Origin: Polyangiaceae bacterium
Lineage (GTDB): Bacteria; Myxococcota_A; Polyangia; Polyangiales; Polyangiaceae
Assembly (NCBI GenBank): GCA_044376115.1
Contig: JBILLK010000009.1
Coordinates: 224,001 to 288,000 of the forward strand
DNA: 64,000 nt
Direction: 5' to 3'
In this document: positions 36,811 through 46,325 of the stretch, one piece after another
Layout of the letters: every line of letters begins with the position of its first letter
How positions within the stretch are numbered: position 1 is the stretch's first letter
Program-made: the position numbers and the translations under genes
Notes under the pieces: model-generated
What the model was told of the DNA's origin: nothing
The model's database searches: none
What the model saw: only the letters and a program-made list of their open reading frames with translations

Positions 36811-38265
36811 TCACTCTCCAGGCCGCGCGCAGCGGAAGCCAACAACGTAAGTTCCACCTTGGTCTGGTCCGCGACTTGCGCGGTAGGCTGCGCGCAGGAA
36901 TTCACGGTTCTGAATCCATGACCCACCACGGACCGAACGCTCGCCGACCTTCCCCTCCAAGGTGCACACCGGATCCGAGAAGATGTTTGTGGTGATGGAC
37001 TTCCAGCAGGGCTCGTCTTGGGTGTTGTATCGGTCCAATACCCATTCCTGAAGGTTGCCTGCGAGGTCAAATATCTCATTGCCTCCAATCTTGATGCGGT
37101 CGGTGAGGCGAGTTAAATTCCGCAGCTCGGGATCCGCCGAGAGGGTTTGCGGGCCAGTTCCAAACGACTCGCAGTTGCTGGCGCCAACCTGTTCGATCGC
37201 GCTGTTTTCTAGGCCGCTCCTGCCCCAAACCGCTGCCTCGCAAAGCGGGGCTTCATCAGCGCCCCAGACAAACAAGGCTGAACGCAGCTCACTAGAGGCG
37301 TACTCGAACTGAGCTTCCGAAGGGAGAAGGGCCCCGCGGTCTCTACAGTAAGCGTCTGCCAACTCCCAATCCACGCAATTGGCTGGGCGCTCCTCGCTTT
37401 TAGTATCGGGTTCGTCGGTGTACGTGCAGAAGTACTCCTCGCTGATTAGCTCCTCGCTCTTGCGCGGTACGGTATCGAATTCGGGTCGGCGCTTTAGAAA
37501 CTCCCGCAGCTGGCCGACTTTGACCTCGCCCGTATCGAGAAAATAGGGCGATAGAACGACCAATCGCTGCCGGTCCGACTCGACGAAGTCATCGCCTTTG
37601 ACGAGCGGATTGCCCATCCAATACGCACCACCGTGAACGCAGGTCTCCCCAGGACCGGGTTCGAAAGTGCATGGTCTATTGTGAGCGTCCTTCCGCCAAC
37701 TCCCGACTTGAAGCTTGCTGCTGTCTCCCGCGAGCGCAGGTGACCCCTCCTGCCCGATCTCTACCGGCCGTTCGACCGTGCCCAGGGGTATTCCGACCTG
37801 CTCGGTACGCAGCTCAATCGTCGTTTCGAGGGCACCTTCTGTCGGCGTGGGCGGCAGCTCGGCAATCACCTCGATGGTCGACTCGGGGCGTGGCTCCCCA
37901 GCGAAGGAGGAAGCGTCTCGGAAGAGCCGGGCACGGACGCGCACAACTTCGCCTGGCTCAGCTTCGATGGTGAAGCTCGCTCCGTCCGGCAGGAAGGTCG
38001 ACTCATCAACGGCGAAGTCACGCCTCTCCTCGGCAGTGGGCTCGGTCTCCCCTTCACGCAATACCGCCAACTCCAGGCGATCAAAAAGCGGGATGGGGGC
38101 GTTCGGGTCCACCGTGGCGCCAGGTGCTGCGGGAACGATTGCGTCGGTGTCCAGCGTGACAACGTGATGGCCGGGGGCGGGCAAGACCTCTGAGCGGTTG
38201 CAGCCTGATGCCAAGCCAGCGAGTAACAGGGCTTGCAGTGCATTCGTGCCGAAAGCGGTCTTCAT
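36811..38265 (-). CDS. Lipoprotein with FGE-sulfatase (SUMF1/CLec-fold) domain
   Basis: Lipobox ASGC, P.NCVDW..A..YC, LPSEAQFEYA, DLAGNLQEWV, RGGSW, GFRCAR. Confidence 0.85.
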   Translation of the reverse strand: MKTAFGTNALQALLLAGLASGCNRSEVLPAPGHHVVTLDTDAIVPAAPGATVDPNAPIPLFDRLELAVLREGETEPTAEERRDFAVDESTFLPDGASFTIEAEPGEVVRVRARLFRDASSFAGEPRPESTIEVIAELPPTPTEGALETTIELRTEQVGIPLGTVERPVEIGQEGSPALAGDSSKLQVGSWRKDAHNRPCTFEPGPGETCVHGGAYWMGNPLVKGDDFVESDRQRLVVLSPYFLDTGEVKVGQLREFLKRRPEFDTVPRKSEELISEEYFCTYTDEPDTKSEERPANCVDWELADAYCRDRGALLPSEAQFEYASSELRSALFVWGADEAPLCEAAVWGRSGLENSAIEQVGASNCESFGTGPQTLSADPELRNLTRLTDRIKIGGNEIFDLAGNLQEWVLDRYNTQDEPCWKSITTNIFSDPVCTLEGKVGERSVRGGSWIQNREFLRAAYRASRGPDQGGTYVVGFRCARPGE

Positions 38266-38307
38266 ACTGGGGTTCCTTCGTTCGCCTGCTGCATTTGGAT
38301 TCACCGC

Positions 38308-39942
38308 TTAGTTAGTCGTTCCTGGCCGCACGCAGCGAAAGCCCACGCGTGAAGACCAAAGCGGGGAATCCTCGTCGCTAAACTCTGCTGCTTTTGCCAA
38401 ATCCTGGTTGCGGAGGCCGACCAGCAGCGAGTCTTCGTCGCTGGCCCAATCACCGCCGCGTACGGAGACGGCCTCGCCCGCGCCAACGTCGCAGGAGGGT
38501 TCGTTGAGCGGCGTATCGAACCAGCATTGTGCACAGTAGGGGCGGTTGGCGTCCAACGTCAGCTCTCGCAAGCTTCCGCCCATTCCAACCACGCCAAGCA
38601 CGGTGCGATCCTTCGAGTCGACGTTGACGGGCTGCACGCCCACATCGACGTGGTCGGGCGCGCACGAATTGGCGCCCTTCGCGGGCGAGGCGGCGCGTGC
38701 ATAGACCGCACGGTCACAGCTCGGTTCGTCGGAGCCCCAAGCGAAGCGTGTCTCGCGGTTGTTGCGCCCGGCTGCGGCCGCCACGTACTCCCATTGAGCC
38801 TCGGTTGGAAGGTCCCCGCCGTTTGCTCGGCAGAAGGCGCGTGCCGTCTCCCAGCTGACACAATTGAGCGGGTAGTTCTCGCGGCTGACCGGCCCCGTGC
38901 TGAACGTGCACTCGCGTGACTCGTCATCGCCATCGAAGTCGAGCGGCCCCTCGTTCACGATGGGCAATTCTACATTGCTAAGTAGGCCATCATCGAGCGC
39001 TTGCCTGAAGCGGCCTACCGTGACCTCGTACTTGTCTATCACCAGGGCGTCGATCAGGGCGACATGCTCAGGCACAGCATCGAAGTTGCCGTAGGCGAAG
39101 ACCGCCGGATCCCCGAGGAAGAAGAAGCCACCATCGACGCAGATGCGTTCCTCGAAGGCGGGCCATTCCGAAGGGGCCTCCTGTTCACACGGCTTTGGTT
39201 CGGGGAAGGTGCCCACGCGCGACAGCTCAGGCAGATTGGCGCCTGGCTCGGCCTGCTCGATTGCGGCGGTCTTGTATTCACCATCCTCGCACACAAGTTC
39301 ATCGCCAGCTTCGACGCTCGCGCCGAACCCCGCCTGGGCGCCAAGGCAATTGCCCCCTAACAAGACGCGAACCTCACCCTGCTCGCCGGGCTCGATCAGC
39401 ACCGGGATGATTCGGTCGATCGTCAGGTCCGGCAGCGGCTCATTCTGCGGAGAGAAGGGCGGTAACGGCTGGCCCTCGTCGTCAAGCTGCTCGAGCAACT
39501 TGGATTCTCGATCACCGTAGTCGCTCGGTAGCAGAGGTAGGCACTCTTGCTTCTCTTCTTCAGTGCTTTGCGCGTTTATCTTGTAGTCCGGTCCGAAGAA
39601 ACGCTCACCCCGATAGTCGCGTACTTTGCCGTCAGGAAAGATGCGCAGGCGCACAAATACGATTTTGGGTGCGGCGCCTCCATCGATCGTCCGCGGCCCC
39701 ACCAACACAAAGCTACTTGGCCAGCTCCGCGGATCTTCCCGTTGCAGTTCTTGCGAGAAGAACCAGTTCTCGTCGGCATCGTAGAGGTCCACCTGCAAGC
39801 GCGCGACGAACGCTTCTACATCGAGATCGGTGTCCACTACGATCTTCACTTCTGCGTAGGGCGGGGGAGCTTCAGGCCCGAGTCCACAGCCAAGAGCCAA
39901 GAGTCCGGTGCAGGACAGAGCACAGAACCGAAGCGTGCTCAT
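38308..39942 (-). CDS. Lipoprotein with FGE-sulfatase domain (paralog)
   Basis: Lipobox ALGC, EVTVGRF, PLNCVSW, LPTEAQWEY, RGGDW, GFRCVR. Confidence 0.85.
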   Translation of the reverse strand: MSTLRFCALSCTGLLALGCGLGPEAPPPYAEVKIVVDTDLDVEAFVARLQVDLYDADENWFFSQELQREDPRSWPSSFVLVGPRTIDGGAAPKIVFVRLRIFPDGKVRDYRGERFFGPDYKINAQSTEEEKQECLPLLPSDYGDRESKLLEQLDDEGQPLPPFSPQNEPLPDLTIDRIIPVLIEPGEQGEVRVLLGGNCLGAQAGFGASVEAGDELVCEDGEYKTAAIEQAEPGANLPELSRVGTFPEPKPCEQEAPSEWPAFEERICVDGGFFFLGDPAVFAYGNFDAVPEHVALIDALVIDKYEVTVGRFRQALDDGLLSNVELPIVNEGPLDFDGDDESRECTFSTGPVSRENYPLNCVSWETARAFCRANGGDLPTEAQWEYVAAAAGRNNRETRFAWGSDEPSCDRAVYARAASPAKGANSCAPDHVDVGVQPVNVDSKDRTVLGVVGMGGSLRELTLDANRPYCAQCWFDTPLNEPSCDVGAGEAVSVRGGDWASDEDSLLVGLRNQDLAKAAEFSDEDSPLWSSRVGFRCVRPGTTN

Positions 39943-41018
39943 GGCAGCGGTACCCGCCAGCCCAGACTGCCAGCGCCAATGGTCGCTCGCTCTGGCTCAC
40001 GCAGTCCCTCGACAAGAAAATAAGTGCCTATTCCTACCCCGGTCACCGCTACGGCGGACAACGTCCAGAACCACCAGGTCTCGGTGATTGCTGGTTCGTA
40101 CACGGGCAAGGTTGCTAGAAAGTCCGACTCTTCCCCGGCCTTCACGTTGAGCAGCGCCTCCGAGGTAACGAAGCCGTCTTTCTCAACCACGACACGATAC
40201 GACCCGGCGGGTCGCTGAAGCGTGACCGGCACAGGACCGAAGTCACGCCCTTCGACCGTGACGATCGCTCCGGGCTGATCTGCCGAGATGGCAATGGTTG
40301 CTGGCAGTTCATCGAGGCTGACCTCGAGCGGAGGGGCTTTCCCTGAGACGAAGTCCTTGGCAACGACGCTGTCTGAGTGCCCGGCGCGCGAGAAGGTGAG
40401 AACGTGCCTGCCTGAATCCATCTCCAACACGAAGCTAGCGTCGGGCAGTGGCGCTCCCTTGCCTGCAGGGAGTAATCCAGCCACCAATACGTGAGGTTCA
40501 GAGGACTCTGCGGCACGCGGCGTAAGCCAAAGCGGACGCCCATCAACCGCCAGACTTACCGCGCCAGGTTTGACCGTTACGGCGACACGAACCAACAGCC
40601 CTTCAATCTCTTGCAAGAAGCCTGCGATGTCTTGCTTTAGGCGTACCGGCAATTGGGTCCGGCCGGATTCATCCTCGAGGAGCGCGGTGTTGAACGTCTT
40701 TCTCGCTGCTGTATATCGACCGAGCGCGCGCTCGCATACACCGATATTGAACAAGGTAATGGCGTGGGGGAGGATCCCGTTGGCCCGCTCGAAGGCGGCG
40801 AGCGCCTCGGCCCACTTCGCCTCAGACACGAGAGCCGTTCCTGCCTTGAATGCAGTTGTCGCCTCCTCCTTCGCTGCGGCCTCGGTTGCGGCCTTCGGGG
40901 TGGGTGCCTGCTCCGATGCTTGTGCGGAGAGGCTCACCGAGGCCGCGCAGGCAACTGCGACGAAAGAGGTGAAGCGGAAGGCGTCCAGGACTAAATAAGC
41001 GTTAGTAGGGAGAAACAA
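39939..41018 (-). CDS. TPR + PEGA envelope protein (module 3)
   Basis: TPR (ALAAFERA...LFNIGVCERALG), PEGA repeats, 'TWWFW' followed by a hydrophobic helix. Start uncertain. Confidence 0.82.
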   Translation of the reverse strand: MFLPTNAYLVLDAFRFTSFVAVACAASVSLSAQASEQAPTPKAATEAAAKEEATTAFKAGTALVSEAKWAEALAAFERANGILPHAITLFNIGVCERALGRYTAARKTFNTALLEDESGRTQLPVRLKQDIAGFLQEIEGLLVRVAVTVKPGAVSLAVDGRPLWLTPRAAESSEPHVLVAGLLPAGKGAPLPDASFVLEMDSGRHVLTFSRAGHSDSVVAKDFVSGKAPPLEVSLDELPATIAISADQPGAIVTVEGRDFGPVPVTLQRPAGSYRVVVEKDGFVTSEALLNVKAGEESDFLATLPVYEPAITETWWFWTLSAVAVTGVGIGTYFLVEGLREPERATIGAGSLGWRVPLP

Positions 41019-42339
41019 CTTCGATTCCTCCGGGGCCTTGTTTCGGATTTACTGGTGCGGCCGAATTGCTTGCGACTGCGCTCGTGCTCGTGCGGGCCAA
41101 AGGCCGAGCGGAACTCCCAGATGGCGGTGCGCTAGGCACGGCTGTCGGCGGTGTAGTCAGCTCTGCTTGGGTGGTGGGAGGTGGGGCACTCGAAGGAGCC
41201 GATGCGCTGGGGGCGGGTGCAGCGAGGGGTTGGCTCGAAGCGGTAGCGCTGATGACCGGCGCAGGTTCTGCCGAGACCGGCGCAGCGGTCAAACGCCACG
41301 TCACCGCGGCAAGCAAGGAAACGCCGGCCGCAGCCAAAGCGGCGATACCTAATCTGCGCAGCGGTCGACGGGCGGGCTGATGCTCCTCGGTGGCGGCCAT
41401 TGGATCGGCTGGGCGTGCGACTCTCCGCCGCGAACCAGGCAGCCAGCGAGGCTCCGCGATGGCCGGCAACGACAGCCCTGTATGAAAGGCAAAGGCTTGG
41501 GCGATCTCGCGAGCTGAATCCGGTCGGTCCTCTGGCTTGATCGAGAGCATCGAGTCAATCAGCTCAGCGATCCCCGGCGGAAGTTCCGGCAGCTTTTTCG
41601 CGATCGGAGGAAAGTCCCGTTGGCTAATCGACTTGAAGAGCTGCCCGACGTTGTCACCTTGGATCGGGCACTCTCCTGTAAGGCACTCGTAGATAACAAT
41701 GCCTAAGGACCAGAAGTCTGCGCGGTGGTCGATTCCCTTTTCGCCGAAGACCTGTTCGGGGGCCATATACATGGGTGTCCCGAGCACGCTGCCCGTTTGA
41801 GTCAGCGCCGACGTATGTCGAATAGCGCTAGCGAGCGCCGTGAGCTTGGCGATCCCAAAGTCGAGTAGTTTGACGCTGTGTTCGCCCGTCGGGCCGACAC
41901 ACAAGAAGATATTCTCGGGCTTCATGTCGCGGTGAACGATGCCCTCGGCGTGGGCCGCGCCAAGGCCCGCCAGCACCGAAAGTACGATCCCCATCAGCTC
42001 AATCAGCTCGAACTTGCCTTTGCGTTCGAGCGCGACGTCGAGGGGCTCACCGTCAAGGAGGTCCATCACCAGCGCGGGGCGACCATCCGCAAGCTCGATT
42101 ACATCGTGAATATCGACGACGTTCGGATGACGAATAGCGGCTGCAACACGAGCTTCTTGAACAAAGCGGCGGCGCTGTTCTTCACCCACCCCCTTGAGGA
42201 TCTTGAGGGCGACCGGCTTGCCAGTAAGGACGTGGTGCGCTGCCCAGACCGCGCCCATCCCACCCTCGCCCAGGAACTGGTCGAGGGTGAAGCGACCTTG
42301 GATGGTCGCTCCCGTTTGAAGGTCCCCCCCAGCGTTCAC
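41002..42339 (-). CDS. Membrane Ser/Thr protein kinase (module 3)
   Basis: GEGGMGAV, VALK, HRDMKPEN, DFG, GTPMYMAPEQ, TM helix, Pro/Ser tail; GTGA overlap with the anti-sigma gene. Confidence 0.92.
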   Translation of the reverse strand: MNAGGDLQTGATIQGRFTLDQFLGEGGMGAVWAAHHVLTGKPVALKILKGVGEEQRRRFVQEARVAAAIRHPNVVDIHDVIELADGRPALVMDLLDGEPLDVALERKGKFELIELMGIVLSVLAGLGAAHAEGIVHRDMKPENIFLCVGPTGEHSVKLLDFGIAKLTALASAIRHTSALTQTGSVLGTPMYMAPEQVFGEKGIDHRADFWSLGIVIYECLTGECPIQGDNVGQLFKSISQRDFPPIAKKLPELPPGIAELIDSMLSIKPEDRPDSAREIAQAFAFHTGLSLPAIAEPRWLPGSRRRVARPADPMAATEEHQPARRPLRRLGIAALAAAGVSLLAAVTWRLTAAPVSAEPAPVISATASSQPLAAPAPSASAPSSAPPPTTQAELTTPPTAVPSAPPSGSSARPLARTSTSAVASNSAAPVNPKQGPGGIEVVSPY

Positions 42340-43154
42340 TCGTTGACCATTCCGAGCACGATCGCGCGCTCTAGCGCCGGCTGGCTAGCATCCGCTGTTG
42401 AGGCGCTCGTCACCGCGAAGCCACGCACAGTTTCGGCCGTGCTGAAGGGGACATCCATCTGGACCCGACCCCCCGAAGCGAGAGGGATACCCGTGAGCTT
42501 CAACCAGCGTTCTTGCGACACAGGCCCTACCTGAAGCCATAGCTGCTGCCCGGCGAGCTGCTCCGCACCTAGGTCGGACGAAAGCGCGAAGTGCGCTGAC
42601 TCTGCACGCAAACGAAGCTCGGCGCTGGTCCCGCCTTTCGTGCCTCGTAGCAGCCGCTCCGCTACATCGACCTTGGGAGCAGACGCCGGTGTGGGACTGG
42701 GCCGAACCAAGGACGCCCCACCGACCGTTAGCAGCAGCGCTGCTGCCGCGGCCACAGCCACCCATCGACTCCTTCGCGGCCTGAGCTCGACGACGTTGGA
42801 GTCTACCTCGACGACGTTGGCTCCCGTTGTCGTGGCCGTGGGCGACTTGGGCTTCACGACCCCGTCGAAGTGCTCAAAGGCTTGGGCTTGAATCTTTGCG
42901 CGCAACGAATTGGGCAAGCTCTCCTGGCGACCAGCGTTGCGCAGCGAAAGCCGGGCCGCTACCAATTGTAGGTCGCTGCGAAGGCTTGCAGACCCGCCGA
43001 GCTCTGCGAGCTCCGCGAGCTCCGCCTGCTCCAGCCCAAACAGTGCCTCGTCACAGGCTAGAGCCTCTGCTCTGGATATCGGACTCTCCAGCTCACTCTC
43101 CAACGGCTCCACAGTCCTGGCACTCACTTCATCCTCCGTTCGATTGGCTGACAT
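42336..43154 (-). CDS. RskA-like anti-sigma factor
   Basis: Directly downstream of an ECF sigma; 'LP.SLRAKI', TM 'WVAVAAAAALLL', periplasmic 'QQLWL' and 'GFAVT'. Confidence 0.7.
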   Translation of the reverse strand: MSANRTEDEVSARTVEPLESELESPISRAEALACDEALFGLEQAELAELAELGGSASLRSDLQLVAARLSLRNAGRQESLPNSLRAKIQAQAFEHFDGVVKPKSPTATTTGANVVEVDSNVVELRPRRSRWVAVAAAAALLLTVGGASLVRPSPTPASAPKVDVAERLLRGTKGGTSAELRLRAESAHFALSSDLGAEQLAGQQLWLQVGPVSQERWLKLTGIPLASGGRVQMDVPFSTAETVRGFAVTSASTADASQPALERAIVLGMVNE

Positions 43155-43846
43155 ACGTCCGAACTCTCATTGTGGAGCCCAGCCATCTCCTTATCGTTGA
43201 ACAGTAGCTGGCGAAGTTTCAACAGCCCGCGGCGTGCATGCGTTTTCACGGTGCCGAGCGCCAACCCCGTACGTGCCGAGATTTGGTCATGGCTAAGGTC
43301 CTGACATGCCGCTAGCAGCAAGACCTCCCGTTGCTCAGGCCGCAGCTTCTGCAAGGCCTTCTCCATCAAAATCGCCTCGCCCGAGGACTCGGGGAAGTGC
43401 TCCTGCTGAACGAAATCATCAGTCCCAATCGGTTCAACGACTGGTTGCCGTTTCCCGGCTCGCAAACGGTCAATCATCCGTCGCCTCGCAATCATAGCGA
43501 CGAACGCCTCCTCAGAGGCTCGCTCTGGATCGTAGCGCGCCGCGCTCTTCCACAGATCCAAGAATATCTCCTGCACGGCGTCTTCAGCGTCTTCTCGACT
43601 GCGCGAAAACCTACGCGCGATCGACCAGACCAGATTGCCGTAGCGGTTCATGCAGGTCTGGACTGCTGCCAAGTCTCCGCGCGCTACGCGCGCGAGCACA
43701 GCGGGACGGGGTTGTTCCGAGGCCACCTTGGCAGATTCATGCCAAAGAACTGCGGCCGGCACCACAGGAACCTCTGGCGCGCGACCGAATTTGGTCATCA
43801 GTGCCGAACTCGCGATGAGCAGATTGGTGGACATAGGCTGGGTCAC
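43124..43846 (-). CDS. ECF sigma factor (SigK-like)
   Basis: DAEDAVQEIFLDLWKSAARYDP, ARRRMIDRLR, LSHDQIS...LGTVKTHARRGL; GTG 43846 has GGAGGGAG upstream. Confidence 0.92.
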   Translation of the reverse strand: MTQPMSTNLLIASSALMTKFGRAPEVPVVPAAVLWHESAKVASEQPRPAVLARVARGDLAAVQTCMNRYGNLVWSIARRFSRSREDAEDAVQEIFLDLWKSAARYDPERASEEAFVAMIARRRMIDRLRAGKRQPVVEPIGTDDFVQQEHFPESSGEAILMEKALQKLRPEQREVLLLAACQDLSHDQISARTGLALGTVKTHARRGLLKLRQLLFNDKEMAGLHNESSDVCQPIERRMK

Positions 43847-43862
43847 GTGGGCTCCCTCCGGC

Positions 43863-44393
43863 CTAGTGAAGGGCCACGGTCGAATGGCTGCTGCGGCTCT
43901 GATCGTGAGACTCCCGGTCCCATTGCGACCGCGGAAGAGCGAAGGAGCGGTCACTTTCGATATCGGCTAGAGCCCAACGCAGCCTTAGCTCCACCGGCCA
44001 ATTGGGGACCCCGTACGACGGGCAACCTACCTGGTTCACCCGGCGGATGACCCCGTTGCTGCAGCGCACGGCCGGGCCGATCAAGCGAGCCCCGTCGTAG
44101 TCCTGCGCCGTGACGCGCACCCGAGAGCCTTGCACCGTCGCGACTCTCTGCTCACGCTGCAACGAACGCGAGCCAGGAATCAGGTGGTGCTCGAGGAGGT
44201 CAATCTGAAGCTCCTCCGCCGACCACAACGCCCGAAATAACGGCTCGGGGAGCAGAGAGAAGGCCTTGTCGGTGGGTACAAATACCGAGAAGCGGCCTGT
44301 GGCTAGGTCCTCCGCGAGTTCGCTGCGCCGGCAAAGCTCTAGGAAAATCTCGACGTTTCCTAGTTCCGCGAGCTGCGAGAGAAGGTCCAACAT
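43863..44393 (-). CDS. Single, divergent fasciclin (FAS1) domain protein
   Basis: H1 'FSVFVPTDKAF', 'LLEHHLIPG', H2-like 'SNGVIRRVNQV'; no signal peptide. Confidence 0.7.
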   Translation of the reverse strand: MLDLLSQLAELGNVEIFLELCRRSELAEDLATGRFSVFVPTDKAFSLLPEPLFRALWSAEELQIDLLEHHLIPGSRSLQREQRVATVQGSRVRVTAQDYDGARLIGPAVRCSNGVIRRVNQVGCPSYGVPNWPVELRLRWALADIESDRSFALPRSQWDRESHDQSRSSHSTVALH

Positions 44394-44511
44394 TAGGCTT
44401 ACTTTCGACTGCTCCACGACTTTGGATTCACAGCAGCGACGTTTTTTCGAAGCGCTGAGCGGCTGTGTCGGATTGCCCGCCACAGCCGCTCAGGTCCTCG
44501 CAGGGTTGCGG

Positions 44512-46053
44512 CTAGTTGGCGAGCTGCGGGAGGAGCACCTTGTCCACGACGTGGATCACGCCGTTCGCCGTGAAGTAGTTGGCGACGGTGACGCTTCCGT
44601 TTGTGTTGGAGCCAGCGTCATCGAGGATCACCGTGTTAGCCGGCGAGGATACGGTGAGCTGTGAACCCGCTCCGTTTCCGAGCAGGGTGGGGAAGGGCGT
44701 CGCGTTATTGAGCGCGAGCGCATCCGCCGCGTAGATCGCCGTCGACTGGTTGAGTACGTGGTAGAGGAGCACGTTGGTCAGCGTTTGGCCCGACGGCGGA
44801 TTCCCCAGCGCGGTAAAGGCTGCGTTGCTCGGTGCGAACAAGGTGAATGCGCCAGTTGCTGCGGGGCCGTTGAGCGCCGGGGCGACCTTCGGGTTGGTGT
44901 TTCCGCCATCCGCCGCGACCACTGCGCCAGCCAGAGACGAGAACTCCGGCGCGGTGGTGACGACGTCGGTGATCGAGGGCAGCAAGACCCCGTCGACAAC
45001 GTGAATTACGCCGTTGCGGGTGATGATGTTGGCGGTGGTCACCGGGGTTCCGTCGATAGCGACGCCGCCGTTGGTCGTGGCTTGTGCGACCCCGCCGAGG
45101 GTCGTGACGGGGCCTGCCGTCACATCGGCTGCGAGCACCACGGCGGGCACGACGTGGTATTTGAGGACCGGGACCAGCTGATAAGGCTGGAAGTCGGTCA
45201 AGCCGCTGATGCCTGTGCTCGGGTTGCCAGCGAGCGCACCGACGAGGGTCGTGAACGCGCCGTCGGGCGGAGCAAACACCGTGAAGGCGCCGGAGTTGTC
45301 ATCCAGCGCTGCAACCAACCCAGGGGCCGCGGGATCGGTATCGGCGACCCCTAGCGCGGCCTCCAAGATTGAGAAGTTGGCGTCGCTCACGACCACGTCG
45401 GCGATCGAGGGCAGGATGACTCCGGAGATCCCGTGAATGATGCCGTTGGAGGCTTGGACATCGGTCACCACGATGTCGGCGATGCCTTCATCCAGCTCGA
45501 TGGTCTCACCGTTGAGGTCAAACTGAATCGAACCTCCGAGTGATTCCACCTTCTCGGAGTTCGTCGCTGCCGCGACGGCGGCCGCCGAACCAACTTCGCT
45601 TCCGATGACGTGATAGAGCAGGATAGGCTTGAGCTGCTCGGCGGTGACGTCGTCCAGGCTGCGAGCGCCAATCCCCGCGAGCAACGCGGCAAATGCGTCG
45701 TTGTCGGGCGCAAGCACGGTAAGCGAGGCGTTTTCATCCTGAAGTGCGCTGGCTAGGCCCGCCTTATCCACGGCGGCCACGAGGCTCGAATAGTTAGGTA
45801 GTGAGCTTGCTACCTCATAGATGTTACCGGCCGCCTGACCACCTTGGCCGCCCTCACCACCTTGGCCGCCGTCCCCACCCTGACCACCTTCTCCACCGCC
45901 GCCAGAGGGGGCCCCGGCAGTGCCTCCAGTGCCTCCGGTGTTATCGCCACCCGTTCCGGAATCGTCTCCACAGCCGACGAGCAGGGCAGTGCACAAGAGG
46001 GCCGATCGAAAGACAAAGCTCGAACCAACGCGACCAGAGGAAGCAGTGAACAT
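44512..46053 (-). CDS. Triple-fasciclin lipoprotein
   Basis: Lipobox LVGC-GDD, Gly tether, three sets of T(V/L)(L/F)AP...AF / YHV / NG(I/V)IH motifs. Confidence 0.92.
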   Translation of the reverse strand: MFTASSGRVGSSFVFRSALLCTALLVGCGDDSGTGGDNTGGTGGTAGAPSGGGGEGGQGGDGGQGGEGGQGGQAAGNIYEVASSLPNYSSLVAAVDKAGLASALQDENASLTVLAPDNDAFAALLAGIGARSLDDVTAEQLKPILLYHVIGSEVGSAAAVAAATNSEKVESLGGSIQFDLNGETIELDEGIADIVVTDVQASNGIIHGISGVILPSIADVVVSDANFSILEAALGVADTDPAAPGLVAALDDNSGAFTVFAPPDGAFTTLVGALAGNPSTGISGLTDFQPYQLVPVLKYHVVPAVVLAADVTAGPVTTLGGVAQATTNGGVAIDGTPVTTANIITRNGVIHVVDGVLLPSITDVVTTAPEFSSLAGAVVAADGGNTNPKVAPALNGPAATGAFTLFAPSNAAFTALGNPPSGQTLTNVLLYHVLNQSTAIYAADALALNNATPFPTLLGNGAGSQLTVSSPANTVILDDAGSNTNGSVTVANYFTANGVIHVVDKVLLPQLAN

Positions 46054-46147
46054 GGAACGCTCCAAGGATTAGGTAGGGGCGTGCAGTGGCACGCCGATAT
46101 CGCCGAGCGCCCGTGCGGTTCACCGCGACCTGCTCGACGTTGGTGGT

Positions 46148-46174
46148 TTCGCCGACCGGCGGTCTTTGGATTCA
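46148..46174 (-). promoter_or_regulatory. Putative SigK-type ECF promoter
   Basis: Minus strand TGAATCC-N15-GCGAA with a T-tract upstream (A8 at 46183-90 on +). Resembles the mycobacterial SigK consensus as recalled (about CATCC-N15-CCGAA). Confidence 0.6.
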
Positions 46175-46325
46175 ACCCACGCAAAAAAAATTGCCGCGCC
46201 GAGTCGAGATCCACAGGTTGAGGCGGATTGCCCTCAGTTCCTGCACAAGTTGAGGTGGCGTTGCCTCGTTTCTTTTCGCAAATGGGGCCCGGCGAGCTGG
46301 TCTCGACTTTGCTCACGCCTCGGCT

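Noticed and set aside
36811..39942. FGE/CLec-fold genes as targets of a diversity-generating retroelement
   Set aside because: No reverse transcriptase in the window and no near-identical template repeat of either 3' end was seen.
46087..46103. TGGCACG as a sigma54 -24 element upstream of mscS
   Set aside because: No GC at the -12 position.
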